From NCBI GenBank assembly GCA_963675755.2, contig CAXXMD010000003.1:3328001-3392000 (forward strand): 64,000 bases of DNA, in the 5' to 3' direction. The position numbers and the translations under genes are program-made. The stretch comes from a bacterium (GTDB taxonomy: Bacteria > Zhuqueibacterota > Zhuqueibacteria > Residuimicrobiales > Krinioviventaceae). The notes below the pieces were generated by a model that was given only the letters and a program-made list of their open reading frames with translations, ran no database searches and was not told the DNA's origin. This document shows, in pieces, positions 20,199 through 30,086 of the stretch; the first letter of the stretch is position 1; each line of letters begins with the position of its first letter.

Positions 20199-21323
20199 TT
20201 ATTTATTCTTTTCCGGAAAATTGGGGAAATATTTTTCTCTGCAATCCGGACAGATACCATGACTGAATTCAGCATCAGTATGTTTTGCAATATACGCTTC
20301 GACCTGGTTCCAATAACCTTTATCGTCTCGAATTTGTTTGCAATATGAGCAAATAGGAACAATGCCGTTTAGCGTTTCAATTCTGTTTTTATATTTATTA
20401 ATAGTTAGTCTTACGAGTAAAAGCACAACAAGAGTAATAACAGCGCATACCAACAAGTTGATGACAAGTGTGGTAAAGATATGTTTGGTAGCTTGTCCTT
20501 GTTCCTGTTCTACTACAAGAAACCATTCGAACTCACGGATATATCGAACATTGGTATGAAAAGTCTTTTTGTTGCGTTTATTCTTGAATGATTTGGCTGA
20601 GCTGGATCTGAGTCGATCCTTGAATAAATCAGGAATGCCGGATGCCATTTGTGCTGCATTTTCTTTGTTAAAATTTGATGCAGAAAGTTTGATTGTGCCT
20701 TTTTTATCAACAAAAAAGATATTACGATTGTATTTTTTTTGATAAGATTCAATCAGTTCTTTTACAGCATTGACTGTTAATCCCACACCCGTTGCGCCAA
20801 TATAGTTGCCATTATAATCATAAACTTTGTAATTGATAAAGATGGTCATTGAATCGTTATTTGCCATGTCGATATCAACGTTAATTTCATACTCGTCTTT
20901 CATCTCTTTGACTCTGAAATACCAGATATCCCGTTCTTCTGTCGGAGAGACTGTTTTTAAAAGGCCATTTGAATGATAATATTTATAGGTTTTATCGGAA
21001 ACAAAGAAACTGGTAAACGTATTGAATTGTTTTTGAATATCTTTGAGATATTTGGTAACCTGATCAGTATCCTTTTCGCCGCTTATTACCCAATCTCTAA
21101 GAAACGTGTCTGTTGCCATGAGAGAAGAAATGAGAATAGGACTCAAAAGATCACGTTGGATTTCGGAATAAATATTGTCACTTGTCAGGGGGAGTTCGTT
21201 TAATAAAATTTCAGAGTGTAATGAGCCTCGTGAAACAATAAAACTTGCAAGGCTTGTGATTAAAAAACCGGCAATCAGTAAAATACTGAGTATGGGTAAT
21301 AACTGTTTGCTTTTTTTCGACAC
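20199..21323 (-). CDS. Membrane sensor: TM-Cache-TM with short C-terminal Cys/His zinc-ribbon-like tail
   Basis: Cache-like periplasmic region (DIWYFR, IFINYKV..IGATGVG); tail ICSYCKQIRDDKGYW...FSHGICPDC. Confidence 0.75.
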   Translation of the reverse strand: MSKKSKQLLPILSILLIAGFLITSLASFIVSRGSLHSEILLNELPLTSDNIYSEIQRDLLSPILISSLMATDTFLRDWVISGEKDTDQVTKYLKDIQKQFNTFTSFFVSDKTYKYYHSNGLLKTVSPTEERDIWYFRVKEMKDEYEINVDIDMANNDSMTIFINYKVYDYNGNYIGATGVGLTVNAVKELIESYQKKYNRNIFFVDKKGTIKLSASNFNKENAAQMASGIPDLFKDRLRSSSAKSFKNKRNKKTFHTNVRYIREFEWFLVVEQEQGQATKHIFTTLVINLLVCAVITLVVLLLVRLTINKYKNRIETLNGIVPICSYCKQIRDDKGYWNQVEAYIAKHTDAEFSHGICPDCREKYFPNFPEKNK

Positions 21324-21437
21324 GGATACTCCTTACAAGGGTTTCTTTATATACTATTCAACTTTGTTTAAACAAGTTAGTATTTATTAAGATAACTTTC
21401 AATGGAAACTAGAGTGTAATTCAAGTATTGTTTGATT

Positions 21438-22451
21438 TTATGAGTAATTGCACAACAATTCAAGATTTTCGATACGGGTATTCATGGTCAGGGTACACCC
21501 GGAGCTGAGAACAAAACGATTCCGTTTATGTTTTGCTATTATATCTTTAATATGATTCAGTTCTTTTAACAAGTCATTTTTATTCTGGTATTCAAGGGAA
21601 TCTACAGGATTCAGGTTGCCCCATAAAGCAACTTTATTACTCACTATTGAGCAGGCTTTATCCAGGTCAACCAGAGAGTCTATCTCGAGCACATCCGCAC
21701 CGGATCTTTCCATGTCAGGCAGAATATCTGTTGTATTTCCGCAGATATGTAGTGATAAAAGTGCATCTGTCTTTTTCAAAGCAGAAAACACCTTTTGTTC
21801 TGCCGGTAATGCAACGAGTTTATACAAATCACGACCAATTAATGCTGCCGGACTGTCACCGGTACTGAGCATATCAGCACCGGTAGCGGCCATTGCTTTA
21901 CCATATTCAATACAGCAAGCTGTACATTTGACCAAAAGATCTTCTATAAATACAGGATCGGTCATTAATTTTACCATTGCGTTGCCAATTCCCATCAGGG
22001 CACAAACCAATGACCAGGGAGACTGGTCAAAGCAGCCAACAATAAATACTTCATTGCCAATTTCTTTAACCACCCGTGATAGAGCTTCAAGCATGTTGGG
22101 GATGCGGCCCCTTTCAATGATTTGTTTTATTGGCAGCTTTTCCATGTCTTTGTGATCTTTGACTAATGGTTTCCCGAATCCGCCCATTGGCTGGTCTTCG
22201 TTTGGAAACGCAACACTGGCTCCCATTGCTTCTGCGGTTATCCAGGTGTCTGCGGATACCCAGACTGCATCCGGCTTAAAGCGCTCATAGTATCGAAGGA
22301 TTGCGTCTGCCATGATTTGAGGTTCAAGAGTATAATCTTTAATGCTTACATTGGCTATTTTTGAGCAAAAATGTACTGCAAGCGGTCCATTGGGAATTCG
22401 CGGAATATCTTTTCCCGCGAGAGCGTCGTATACAAGTTGTTTCGAGTTCAA
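21438..22451 (-). CDS. Uroporphyrinogen decarboxylase family / MtaA-CmuA-like methylcobamide methyltransferase
   Basis: AEAMGA, LHICGN, LWGNLNP and LSSGC motifs. Confidence 0.8.
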   Translation of the reverse strand: MNSKQLVYDALAGKDIPRIPNGPLAVHFCSKIANVSIKDYTLEPQIMADAILRYYERFKPDAVWVSADTWITAEAMGASVAFPNEDQPMGGFGKPLVKDHKDMEKLPIKQIIERGRIPNMLEALSRVVKEIGNEVFIVGCFDQSPWSLVCALMGIGNAMVKLMTDPVFIEDLLVKCTACCIEYGKAMAATGADMLSTGDSPAALIGRDLYKLVALPAEQKVFSALKKTDALLSLHICGNTTDILPDMERSGADVLEIDSLVDLDKACSIVSNKVALWGNLNPVDSLEYQNKNDLLKELNHIKDIIAKHKRNRFVLSSGCTLTMNTRIENLELLCNYS

Positions 22452-22474
22452 TGTTTGCTCCGGTGATAGAGTTG

Positions 22475-23626
22475 TTAGCCCGTTGTTTTATTGTTTATTT
22501 GCAAATGCTCAATTATTTTATTTAAAACAGGTTCAGAGATCATGTGTTGTTGATGGGTATCATCGAGATAGAGATCGTAATTGCCGTTTTTTAGATCATT
22601 TACTCTTGCAACAACAATGTCTTTATAGGTTTCCCATTTGATTCCCGCAAAACAACAGGCATCAAACTGATTGATGATTTGTAACTGACTGCGACCCTTA
22701 CCACTGGCACCTAGAATATAAAGCTCAAGATAGTTTGCTGTGCGGTATAGCTCGGGTATGAATTGCTCATAATCGCCCCAATCCCTTTGAGAGTCTGACC
22801 TTAAATATAGTGGATATGAGCCGGCAACGGGAAAACTGTTTTTAATACGCGTGTCTACGGCCGCTGCCAGGGTGGTTGTCCAGCCACCACCAGAGATACC
22901 GGCCATTGCAACGCTGTTGCAATTGTATTGTTTTTGGAGATAGTTTATAGCAATTACAATCGGCTCAATGAAAAATTTTACAGGGTGTCCATTTTCAGGG
23001 TTCAGTAATTGAATATGATCGTGACGGGTGAGTTTGAAATTACCAAATCTTTCCAGATTGACTACCGGTTGATTGTTCATGCCCAGCAGCGGCATTGAAA
23101 ACGCAATGACCGTATAACCATTATCCAGAAATGCTTTGATTTGAGATTTACTTTTGTAAAAATCACCTCTATGGCCCTGATGGTATATCAACATACTTCC
23201 GTTTGGGCTTTTGGGGTAAAAGATGTAAGGATATGAATCAATACCAAATTCCATGGAAATGATGAGTTTGTCAATTGATTTTAATGTGGTTATATCTGAA
23301 TAACGATCGTCATTGTGGTTTTGCTCTACAGATTCGGGCAGTGTTTGCGGAATCCCTGGAGAACCAAAGATAAAATTGATCAATTCATTGCGAAGCTTGA
23401 CAATATCATCATCATTATGTATGGATATCAAAGAATTGACATCGGTTTCCAGGTAGCTGGCAGGAGTTTCAAGAAAATCTTGCGGGATTGTGTCTTTTTC
23501 AAATGACGATAATTTATTCTCAATTATTCCTGATGGAAATACATCATAGTAGTTGAGTATCATTCCCAAAATTAAAGCTACGATCAATAGAATTGAGATG
23601 GCTGCAATTTTAAATATTTTGACCAT
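22475..23626 (-). CDS. Membrane-anchored alpha/beta hydrolase
   Basis: N-terminal TM; HQGH and nucleophile elbow GISGGG. Confidence 0.7.
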   Translation of the reverse strand: MVKIFKIAAISILLIVALILGMILNYYDVFPSGIIENKLSSFEKDTIPQDFLETPASYLETDVNSLISIHNDDDIVKLRNELINFIFGSPGIPQTLPESVEQNHNDDRYSDITTLKSIDKLIISMEFGIDSYPYIFYPKSPNGSMLIYHQGHRGDFYKSKSQIKAFLDNGYTVIAFSMPLLGMNNQPVVNLERFGNFKLTRHDHIQLLNPENGHPVKFFIEPIVIAINYLQKQYNCNSVAMAGISGGGWTTTLAAAVDTRIKNSFPVAGSYPLYLRSDSQRDWGDYEQFIPELYRTANYLELYILGASGKGRSQLQIINQFDACCFAGIKWETYKDIVVARVNDLKNGNYDLYLDDTHQQHMISEPVLNKIIEHLQINNKTTG

Positions 23627-23649
23627 TTTGTTCTCCTTTTAAAGGAATA

Positions 23650-24573
23650 TTAATCGTGATCGGAAAATTTTTCACCCGCTGTGATTTTTACATCCAATCT
23701 GTTCTGATCAGGAGGCAGGGGACAGGTCGCATAGGGTGTGAAAACACAGGGGGGATTATAGGCTTTGTTAAAATCGATTCGAGTATTACCGTCTTTATCC
23801 GGTGCATTGACAACCAGAAAACGACCGCCGCCATAGGTCTGTTTTCCGGTAGTTGCATCTGCAAAAATGATGAAAAATGAATCATCTCCGGGTTCGGCAA
23901 TGGGGTCAAGACGGTATGTCTTGTTATTGATTTGAAATACCAAGGTTCCCGGACAGCTTTCCTCATTTATATTACCGAGCACATTGGGTACCGTGATTTT
24001 TTTAGGTGGATCATAAGGCTCAAAATGTGCGGTAATATTCCAATGGGGATCAATAACATATCTATCGATCCCTTTGAAAGTTTTGAAATTCTCACTTTTA
24101 CTGTCTTTTAAACGGATGCCGAACCTGTCACCTCGTTTGATGAGATACCAGGTGAGGCTTTTATATGTCAGGATGGTGGGATCACCTTCCATATCGCTTA
24201 CAAGAGACATTTCTGTCACAGGATTTTCGTTGCATAAAACTGTTACGTCTTGAGCGATTTTAACAGAAACCTGATTATTATCCAGAATTAATGTACCGAT
24301 AAAAGCAGGAGATTTATCTTTGGGAAAAATTAAATCGTTTGATTTATCCGCTCCAAAGGTGTTATCTCCTGGTTTTAACCAATACAATCCGGCAAGGCTC
24401 AACCAGCCATCTTTTTTCTGTAGCGATGTAATACGTTCCTGCTGCCATGCTTCTACAGATTCAACATACGCTTTGTCTTTTTCAGACAATGGCTTTGCCT
24501 TTTGACAGCTCATAGCTGACATCAATAATAAAAACAAAATGCATTTAATGATACCGGATTTTAGATACTGCAT
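23650..24573 (-). CDS. DUF1684 domain lipoprotein
   Basis: GWLSLAGLYWL; TYGGGRFL...IDFNKAYNPPCVFTPYATCPLPP. Confidence 0.9.
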   Translation of the reverse strand: MQYLKSGIIKCILFLLLMSAMSCQKAKPLSEKDKAYVESVEAWQQERITSLQKKDGWLSLAGLYWLKPGDNTFGADKSNDLIFPKDKSPAFIGTLILDNNQVSVKIAQDVTVLCNENPVTEMSLVSDMEGDPTILTYKSLTWYLIKRGDRFGIRLKDSKSENFKTFKGIDRYVIDPHWNITAHFEPYDPPKKITVPNVLGNINEESCPGTLVFQINNKTYRLDPIAEPGDDSFFIIFADATTGKQTYGGGRFLVVNAPDKDGNTRIDFNKAYNPPCVFTPYATCPLPPDQNRLDVKITAGEKFSDHD

Positions 24574-24597
24574 AATATCTCCGTTCGTCCAGACATT

Positions 24598-27534
24598 CTA
24601 TTTTACATGAAAAAGAGCCGAAGCAGGGATTTCCTGTTTAGGAATTCCCGGGCCTTGCCAGCTTACCTGGTTTGAAAATCCACCAGCCATTTGAAAATAT
24701 CGTTGAGAAATTTTATATTTTCCCTTTTTGAGCGCAATAGTTTTTGATACTTCGTACGCCGGATGGCCGCCATCTGTGTTGATGAATTCTTTATCATCCA
24801 TGTAAAGAATGCTGCCATCATTGGTTTTGTTATATATTGTATAAATACCGTCTTTGGGTATTGCAAGATAGCCTGTATATATATAACCAAAATTTTCATC
24901 TCTGCGGCGATTTTTAATGTTAAAATTCCTGGTTATACCGGATTTAATGGGTTTGGCTTTTAACAGTTCTTTAGCAAACATTACCTCGGCTTCAATATAT
25001 TGATACTCTAGCCCGGGTTTTAAATCTTTGCCAGAATAATTCGTAAAAGGTTCAAAGTCGAGTTTTGTTATGGTTTCGGCTACCGGCATGCTGTTCAAGA
25101 GTCCCTGATTTGCGGCCATAAACCGAACGGTACTGGTCTTGTTGATTTTAAAGGGACCTTTGTACAGGGTTGATTGCTCAGTTGGTTCTGAACCATCAAG
25201 GGTGTAATAGATTTGTGCATTTTCTGTATCGCAAAATAATTTAATTTCTGATGTTTCCAGAAAATAGCGTTTATCTGTCCGTAAATAGGGTACTGCTGTT
25301 GCCGGAATGAATTCCTGAGAGAGGGGGCGGTCCTTTTTTGAGGCTCCCCAGTTCTTGTTGGGTTCTGCACCCATTTGGAAAACAAATTGACCACCATTAA
25401 CGATTACACTGTGGTTGAACCATGATTTTGTATAAGATTCACCATTCAAGGTAACAGACTGGATGTATTTATTCTGGGGGGATATATTTTCGGCGCGCAC
25501 AATAAAATCTTTGCCGTTTTCCAGATGTACTGTAACCTGTTCAAACAGTGGACTGCCGATGATATAGGTAGCATCACCTGGATTTACAGAATAGAATCCC
25601 ATTGCGCTGAGTATATACCATGCTGACATTTGACCACAGTCTTCATTTCCTTCCATACCATAGGGTTGGTCGTTGTACATGGTATCCAGAATTTCACGAA
25701 CAATTGCCTGGGTTTTATAAGCTGCACCCGCATAGTTGTATAGATAAGCCATGTGATGGCTGGGTTCGTTACCATGGGCGTATTGTCCAATGAGCCCTGT
25801 TGCGTCAACGGCATGTTCATCGTGTTTGGATGTTGTTGTAAACATGGTATCCATCCAATTGATGAATGCCTTGTCCCCACCAATCAGTTTGATCAATCCA
25901 TTTACATCATGTGGTGCAAATAAAGAGTATTGATAAGAATTGCCCTCTACAAAGTGTTCACTGCCTTCTGCAGGATCAAAAGGAGTTACCCAGGATCTGT
26001 CTGTGTTTTTGGGAGCCATGAAACCAATTTTCTGATTGAACTGGTTTTTGTAAAACTGTGCACGCTGCTGGTAGAGGAGGAAATCCTGCTTTTTACCCAG
26101 CAATCTTGCCATTTCAGCCAGACACCAGTCATTGTATGCATATTCCATAACTTTGGAGACCGAACCGCCTTCTTTATCAGCGGGTATAAATCCATATGTT
26201 GTATAATTGCCAAGCTCAGCGACTTCGTTTTTCATGGCCTTGTATGCCAGTTCTACATCATAATCCCGAATGCCTTTTTGGTATGCATCGAGGATCATGG
26301 GCAGGGAGTGATGACCAATCATAGAACCCGAATAGTTGCCCCAAATTTCCCAACGGGCCAACCGGTTACGTTTTTTGTACATTTCTAATGAAGTTTTGAT
26401 AAAGTCGTTCATTCGGGAGGGTTCAAGTATGGTGTAAAGCGGCATATTGGCGCGGAATACATCCCATAGCGAATAGACGGTATAGCGGGTAAAATCTTTT
26501 GCTGTATGCACCTCCAGGTCAACTCCGCGATATTGTCCGTCAACATCCATAAACAGATTGGGGGCCAAAGCCGAGTGATACAATGCAGTATAAAAGATGC
26601 GTTTTTGTTTTTCAGTACCGCCCTGTACATCGATTTTGGCGAGATGCTGTTTCCATGCATCTTTAGCATTTTTACGAATGTTTTCAAAATCCCATTTTTT
26701 GTTTTCTTTTTCAAGGTTCTTTTTAGCACCCTCTATACTAACCGCAGAAATACCCACTTTGGCAAGAATTTGTTCGTCATTGTCTGTGGTATAACTGATA
26801 AAAGCTTTAATGTTTTCGCCCTCTGCTTCTTTGATATTAGGGACAAGGGTGTCATTTACAGCAATACCAAAGGATTTGAAAGGTTTGGAGAATTTAGCAT
26901 AGAAATATACATGCTGGTCTTCTACCCATCGGATAGATCTGCGCATGCCCGCAATTTCTGTGTCGCTGATGATCTGTATAGATGAGGCAATTACGCGATC
27001 ACGATTTTTGAGATCAATAATGATATTTGCATTGTCAGATTGGGGAAAGGTATAACGATGAAAGCCCGTTCTTTTTGTTGCAGTGAGTTCTGCAAAGACA
27101 TTGTAATCATCCAATTTTACGCTGTAATATCCGGGGGAAGCGGTTTCATTCTCGTGACTAAAGGCCGAACGGTATCCGGTTTTGCTGTTTTCTTCATCAC
27201 CAACCAAAACGTTTACCTGACCGATTGTGGGCATAAATAACACATCGCAATATTCCGGTGCACCGGTTCCGCTGAGATGGGTGTGGCTGAAACCCATGAT
27301 TGTACTGTCTGAATAGTGGTAACCGGATGATCCATCCCAGTTTTCCATACGGGTATCTGGTGAAAGCTGTACCATACCAAAAGGTACCACTGCACCGGGA
27401 TAAGTGTGGCCGTGTCCGCCGGTCCCGATAAAGGGATCAACATACCCTGTATAATCAATAGTGTTTTTTTGATTCGAGCCGCATGCTAAAAATAGAGTCG
27501 CGAGCAGAAAAAGCATTCCGATTGATCTTTTCAT
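24598..27534 (-). CDS. GH92 alpha-1,2-mannosidase-family lipoprotein with Fn3-associated and PA14 domains
   Basis: YVDPFIGTGGHGHTYPGA, FSHTHLSGTG, HGNEPSHH, GNEDCGQMSAWY; YYTLDGSEP; PA14-like C-terminus. Confidence 0.93.
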   Translation of the reverse strand: MKRSIGMLFLLATLFLACGSNQKNTIDYTGYVDPFIGTGGHGHTYPGAVVPFGMVQLSPDTRMENWDGSSGYHYSDSTIMGFSHTHLSGTGAPEYCDVLFMPTIGQVNVLVGDEENSKTGYRSAFSHENETASPGYYSVKLDDYNVFAELTATKRTGFHRYTFPQSDNANIIIDLKNRDRVIASSIQIISDTEIAGMRRSIRWVEDQHVYFYAKFSKPFKSFGIAVNDTLVPNIKEAEGENIKAFISYTTDNDEQILAKVGISAVSIEGAKKNLEKENKKWDFENIRKNAKDAWKQHLAKIDVQGGTEKQKRIFYTALYHSALAPNLFMDVDGQYRGVDLEVHTAKDFTRYTVYSLWDVFRANMPLYTILEPSRMNDFIKTSLEMYKKRNRLARWEIWGNYSGSMIGHHSLPMILDAYQKGIRDYDVELAYKAMKNEVAELGNYTTYGFIPADKEGGSVSKVMEYAYNDWCLAEMARLLGKKQDFLLYQQRAQFYKNQFNQKIGFMAPKNTDRSWVTPFDPAEGSEHFVEGNSYQYSLFAPHDVNGLIKLIGGDKAFINWMDTMFTTTSKHDEHAVDATGLIGQYAHGNEPSHHMAYLYNYAGAAYKTQAIVREILDTMYNDQPYGMEGNEDCGQMSAWYILSAMGFYSVNPGDATYIIGSPLFEQVTVHLENGKDFIVRAENISPQNKYIQSVTLNGESYTKSWFNHSVIVNGGQFVFQMGAEPNKNWGASKKDRPLSQEFIPATAVPYLRTDKRYFLETSEIKLFCDTENAQIYYTLDGSEPTEQSTLYKGPFKINKTSTVRFMAANQGLLNSMPVAETITKLDFEPFTNYSGKDLKPGLEYQYIEAEVMFAKELLKAKPIKSGITRNFNIKNRRRDENFGYIYTGYLAIPKDGIYTIYNKTNDGSILYMDDKEFINTDGGHPAYEVSKTIALKKGKYKISQRYFQMAGGFSNQVSWQGPGIPKQEIPASALFHVK

Positions 27535-27606
27535 AAAACTGAATTCCTAATGTTTTGGTGAATTTGCCGGCACATAATTAGGGGATATTTGAAAACTAGA
27601 AAATTA

Positions 27607-27635
27607 AATATAATATTGTTTTTATACAATGTCAA
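27607..27635 (-). promoter_or_regulatory. Sigma70-type promoter of the GH92 gene
   Basis: TTGACA-17bp-TATATT on the minus strand. Confidence 0.65.
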
Positions 27636-27690
27636 TGTTTTTGAAATATGGGTAAAATTGACGTGAGAGCAATTGTTGTTTACAAGAACG

Positions 27691-27954
27691 CTAGAGATAG
27701 AAAAGAATGATTAGTGCAGTGGTACCCAATACTGCTGTTGACCAATACCAGGGAGTGCAGATCTTTTTATCTTTGTATTTGTTCATTAGAGATTCATAGA
27801 CAGCCGCGATTAAGGGGGGAATTGCCAATACCAGGTTGTGCATGGGTTCTGCCAGTACACGTTTGGATACCCAGGCCAAAATGATAATACTGATACCTGT
27901 TGCCAGTGCGATTTGAATGTGTGGTGAAAGAAAAAAATCTTTTATTTTTGACAT
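27691..27954 (-). CDS. Small hypothetical membrane protein (about 3 TM)
   Basis: Hydrophobic 87-aa ORF directly downstream of the E1 beta gene. Confidence 0.6.
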   Translation of the reverse strand: MSKIKDFFLSPHIQIALATGISIIILAWVSKRVLAEPMHNLVLAIPPLIAAVYESLMNKYKDKKICTPWYWSTAVLGTTALIILFYL

Positions 27955-27985
27955 TTTTTTGTTCCCAAATGAATTTTGATGATTA

Positions 27986-28993
27986 CTAGATCAGTTTCAA
28001 TGCACTTGAAATAATACGTTTTGTATTTGGCAGAACCTGATCTTCCAGATGCCTTGCATAGGGGATGGTGGATTGAGTACAAACCCGTGCATATGTACAG
28101 TTTATCCCGGCTTCCATTATGATTGCTGACAACTCTCCGGATAGACCAAAGGTCTCATAATCTTCATCAACAACCAGCATCCGGCCTGTTTTTTTAACAG
28201 ATTCAATAATAGTTTGTTTGTCCAAAGGAGATACTGACCTTAGGTCAATGACTTCTGCTGAAACTCCTTTGGTTTCCAGTTCATTTGCAGCTTCTTCAGC
28301 ACGATGAACTCCAACACCAAGGCTGATAATGGATATATCATTGCCTTTGCGACGAATTGCTGCCTCGCCAATTGGCAAGGGCTCCCATATTTTTGGCACC
28401 TTACCCCTGGCGCCTTTTTCAGGGATGTCGTATTGCACTGTTTTTCTTCCACCTGATCCCAGAAATTCTAACCAGCTTTCTGAAAGCAGCTTGTGCTCCA
28501 GGAATATTACGGGACCCTCGTATTCAATTGCGGCTAACATGAGCGCACCGGCATCAGCAGGAGTGGATGGGACCAGTATTGTCAATCCGGGAATATGAGC
28601 CAGCCATCCCCATAAAGATTGTTCATGTTGTCCGCCATCTCCATAACCACCTCCGCAGGGTACCCTGACAACAAGTGGAACCGTCCAGAGTCCCCCTGAA
28701 AATGTTTCCACTTTGGCAGCATGGTTCAAGAGTGCGTCTATACACACACCCATGAAATCAACCATATATATTTCAACTACCGGTCGTAATCCCGCCATTG
28801 CTGCAGTGACGCCTGCACCAAGAAATGCGCTTTCACTTACAGGCGTTGCGAGTATACGTTTGGGGCCAAACCGTACAAGTAAATTACGGCGTAATAATGG
28901 AACATCTTCACCAAATACAATGATACGAGAGTCTTTTGCCATCGCTTGTGCCAGGGCATCGTCAATTGCCTGGGTGAATTCCATTGTCTTCAT
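27986..28993 (-). CDS. 2-oxoacid/acetoin dehydrogenase E1 beta subunit-like
   Basis: FGEDV, TPVSESAF, GLRPVVE, QHEQ, EVIDLRSVSPLD. Confidence 0.9.
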   Translation of the reverse strand: MKTMEFTQAIDDALAQAMAKDSRIIVFGEDVPLLRRNLLVRFGPKRILATPVSESAFLGAGVTAAMAGLRPVVEIYMVDFMGVCIDALLNHAAKVETFSGGLWTVPLVVRVPCGGGYGDGGQHEQSLWGWLAHIPGLTILVPSTPADAGALMLAAIEYEGPVIFLEHKLLSESWLEFLGSGGRKTVQYDIPEKGARGKVPKIWEPLPIGEAAIRRKGNDISIISLGVGVHRAEEAANELETKGVSAEVIDLRSVSPLDKQTIIESVKKTGRMLVVDEDYETFGLSGELSAIIMEAGINCTYARVCTQSTIPYARHLEDQVLPNTKRIISSALKLI

Positions 28994-30015
28994 GCTGGTA
29001 CCTCCAGCAAGGCATCTTTAACGATTTGTTTGATTTCTGATTCTATCCGGGTTTCAATGTCTGTGAGGTTTTTAATATCTTTTAATTGTTTACGTAACAG
29101 GGGGATAGGATCGTTTTTGTGATGCTGCCGGGGATCTTGGAGTGTACTCGTAACTGCAGAAAGAATGTTTTTTAATCCTGATAATCTGTTCTTAAATTCT
29201 GCTCCACCCGGTTTTAGTATTGATGCGGTTAAAGGGGATGCAAGTTCCGGTATTTCTTTTAGAGGCTTTCTGACAATTTTCAATAACTGAAATCCTAAAA
29301 AGTGTCCTTCCAGGTGTACGCAATTCGCAAGTATGAATGAGGGACCTTTACCTTCGCGGGCATTCTGTATGGCTGGTTTTATATTTTCCCATACATCTGT
29401 TATGTCTGTACCATTAACCTGAATGACCGGAATGCCAAAGCTCTGTACCCGTTCTTGCAATGTGCCACCGGTTTGAGAATCGGACTTTGTTGTAATAGCC
29501 CAGTTGTCGTCTTTGCAGATAAAAAGTATGGGTAATTTCCATACAGATGCAAGATTCAGTGATTCCATCATCATCCCCTGGTTCACGGAACCATCACCAA
29601 AAAATGAAACTGCAATTGATCCGGGATTCAAGTATTGCGCTGCAAGGGCAAAACCTATACCTGCGGGACCCGATGCGCCAACAATGCCTGAAGATGCTGC
29701 CAGATGTGGTTTGGAAAATAAATGCATGTGTCCCCCCATACCTTTGCACAAACCCTTGGGGTGACCCAATAGTTCTAAAAGAATGAGCCTGGGATCAACT
29801 CCCCGCATTAACAGAGCCGCAGTTCCCCTGTGATCAAGAGCCATAGCATCACCCTCGCGTAAATGATCTGTTACGCCTGCAATGATAGCTTCTTCACCTG
29901 TTCCAAGATGCATCTCTCCGGAGATTAAACCATCATCCCAAAGTTTAGCTATAGCCAGTTCAAATAAACGACTTTTCAACATTAATGTATACAAAGACAA
30001 CAAGTCGGGTTTCAT
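28990..30015 (-). CDS. 2-oxoacid/acetoin dehydrogenase E1 alpha subunit-like (TPP-dependent)
   Basis: HLGTGEEA, HRG, GMGGHMH, FFGDGSVNQG...WKLP; ATGA overlap with the beta gene. Confidence 0.9.
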   Translation of the reverse strand: MKPDLLSLYTLMLKSRLFELAIAKLWDDGLISGEMHLGTGEEAIIAGVTDHLREGDAMALDHRGTAALLMRGVDPRLILLELLGHPKGLCKGMGGHMHLFSKPHLAASSGIVGASGPAGIGFALAAQYLNPGSIAVSFFGDGSVNQGMMMESLNLASVWKLPILFICKDDNWAITTKSDSQTGGTLQERVQSFGIPVIQVNGTDITDVWENIKPAIQNAREGKGPSFILANCVHLEGHFLGFQLLKIVRKPLKEIPELASPLTASILKPGGAEFKNRLSGLKNILSAVTSTLQDPRQHHKNDPIPLLRKQLKDIKNLTDIETRIESEIKQIVKDALLEVPA

Positions 30016-30086
30016 AATGCCTCCGAAATTTTGTCTGTTTAATAATTATCTAATATTAAACGATACCGTTACTAAATTATACAATT

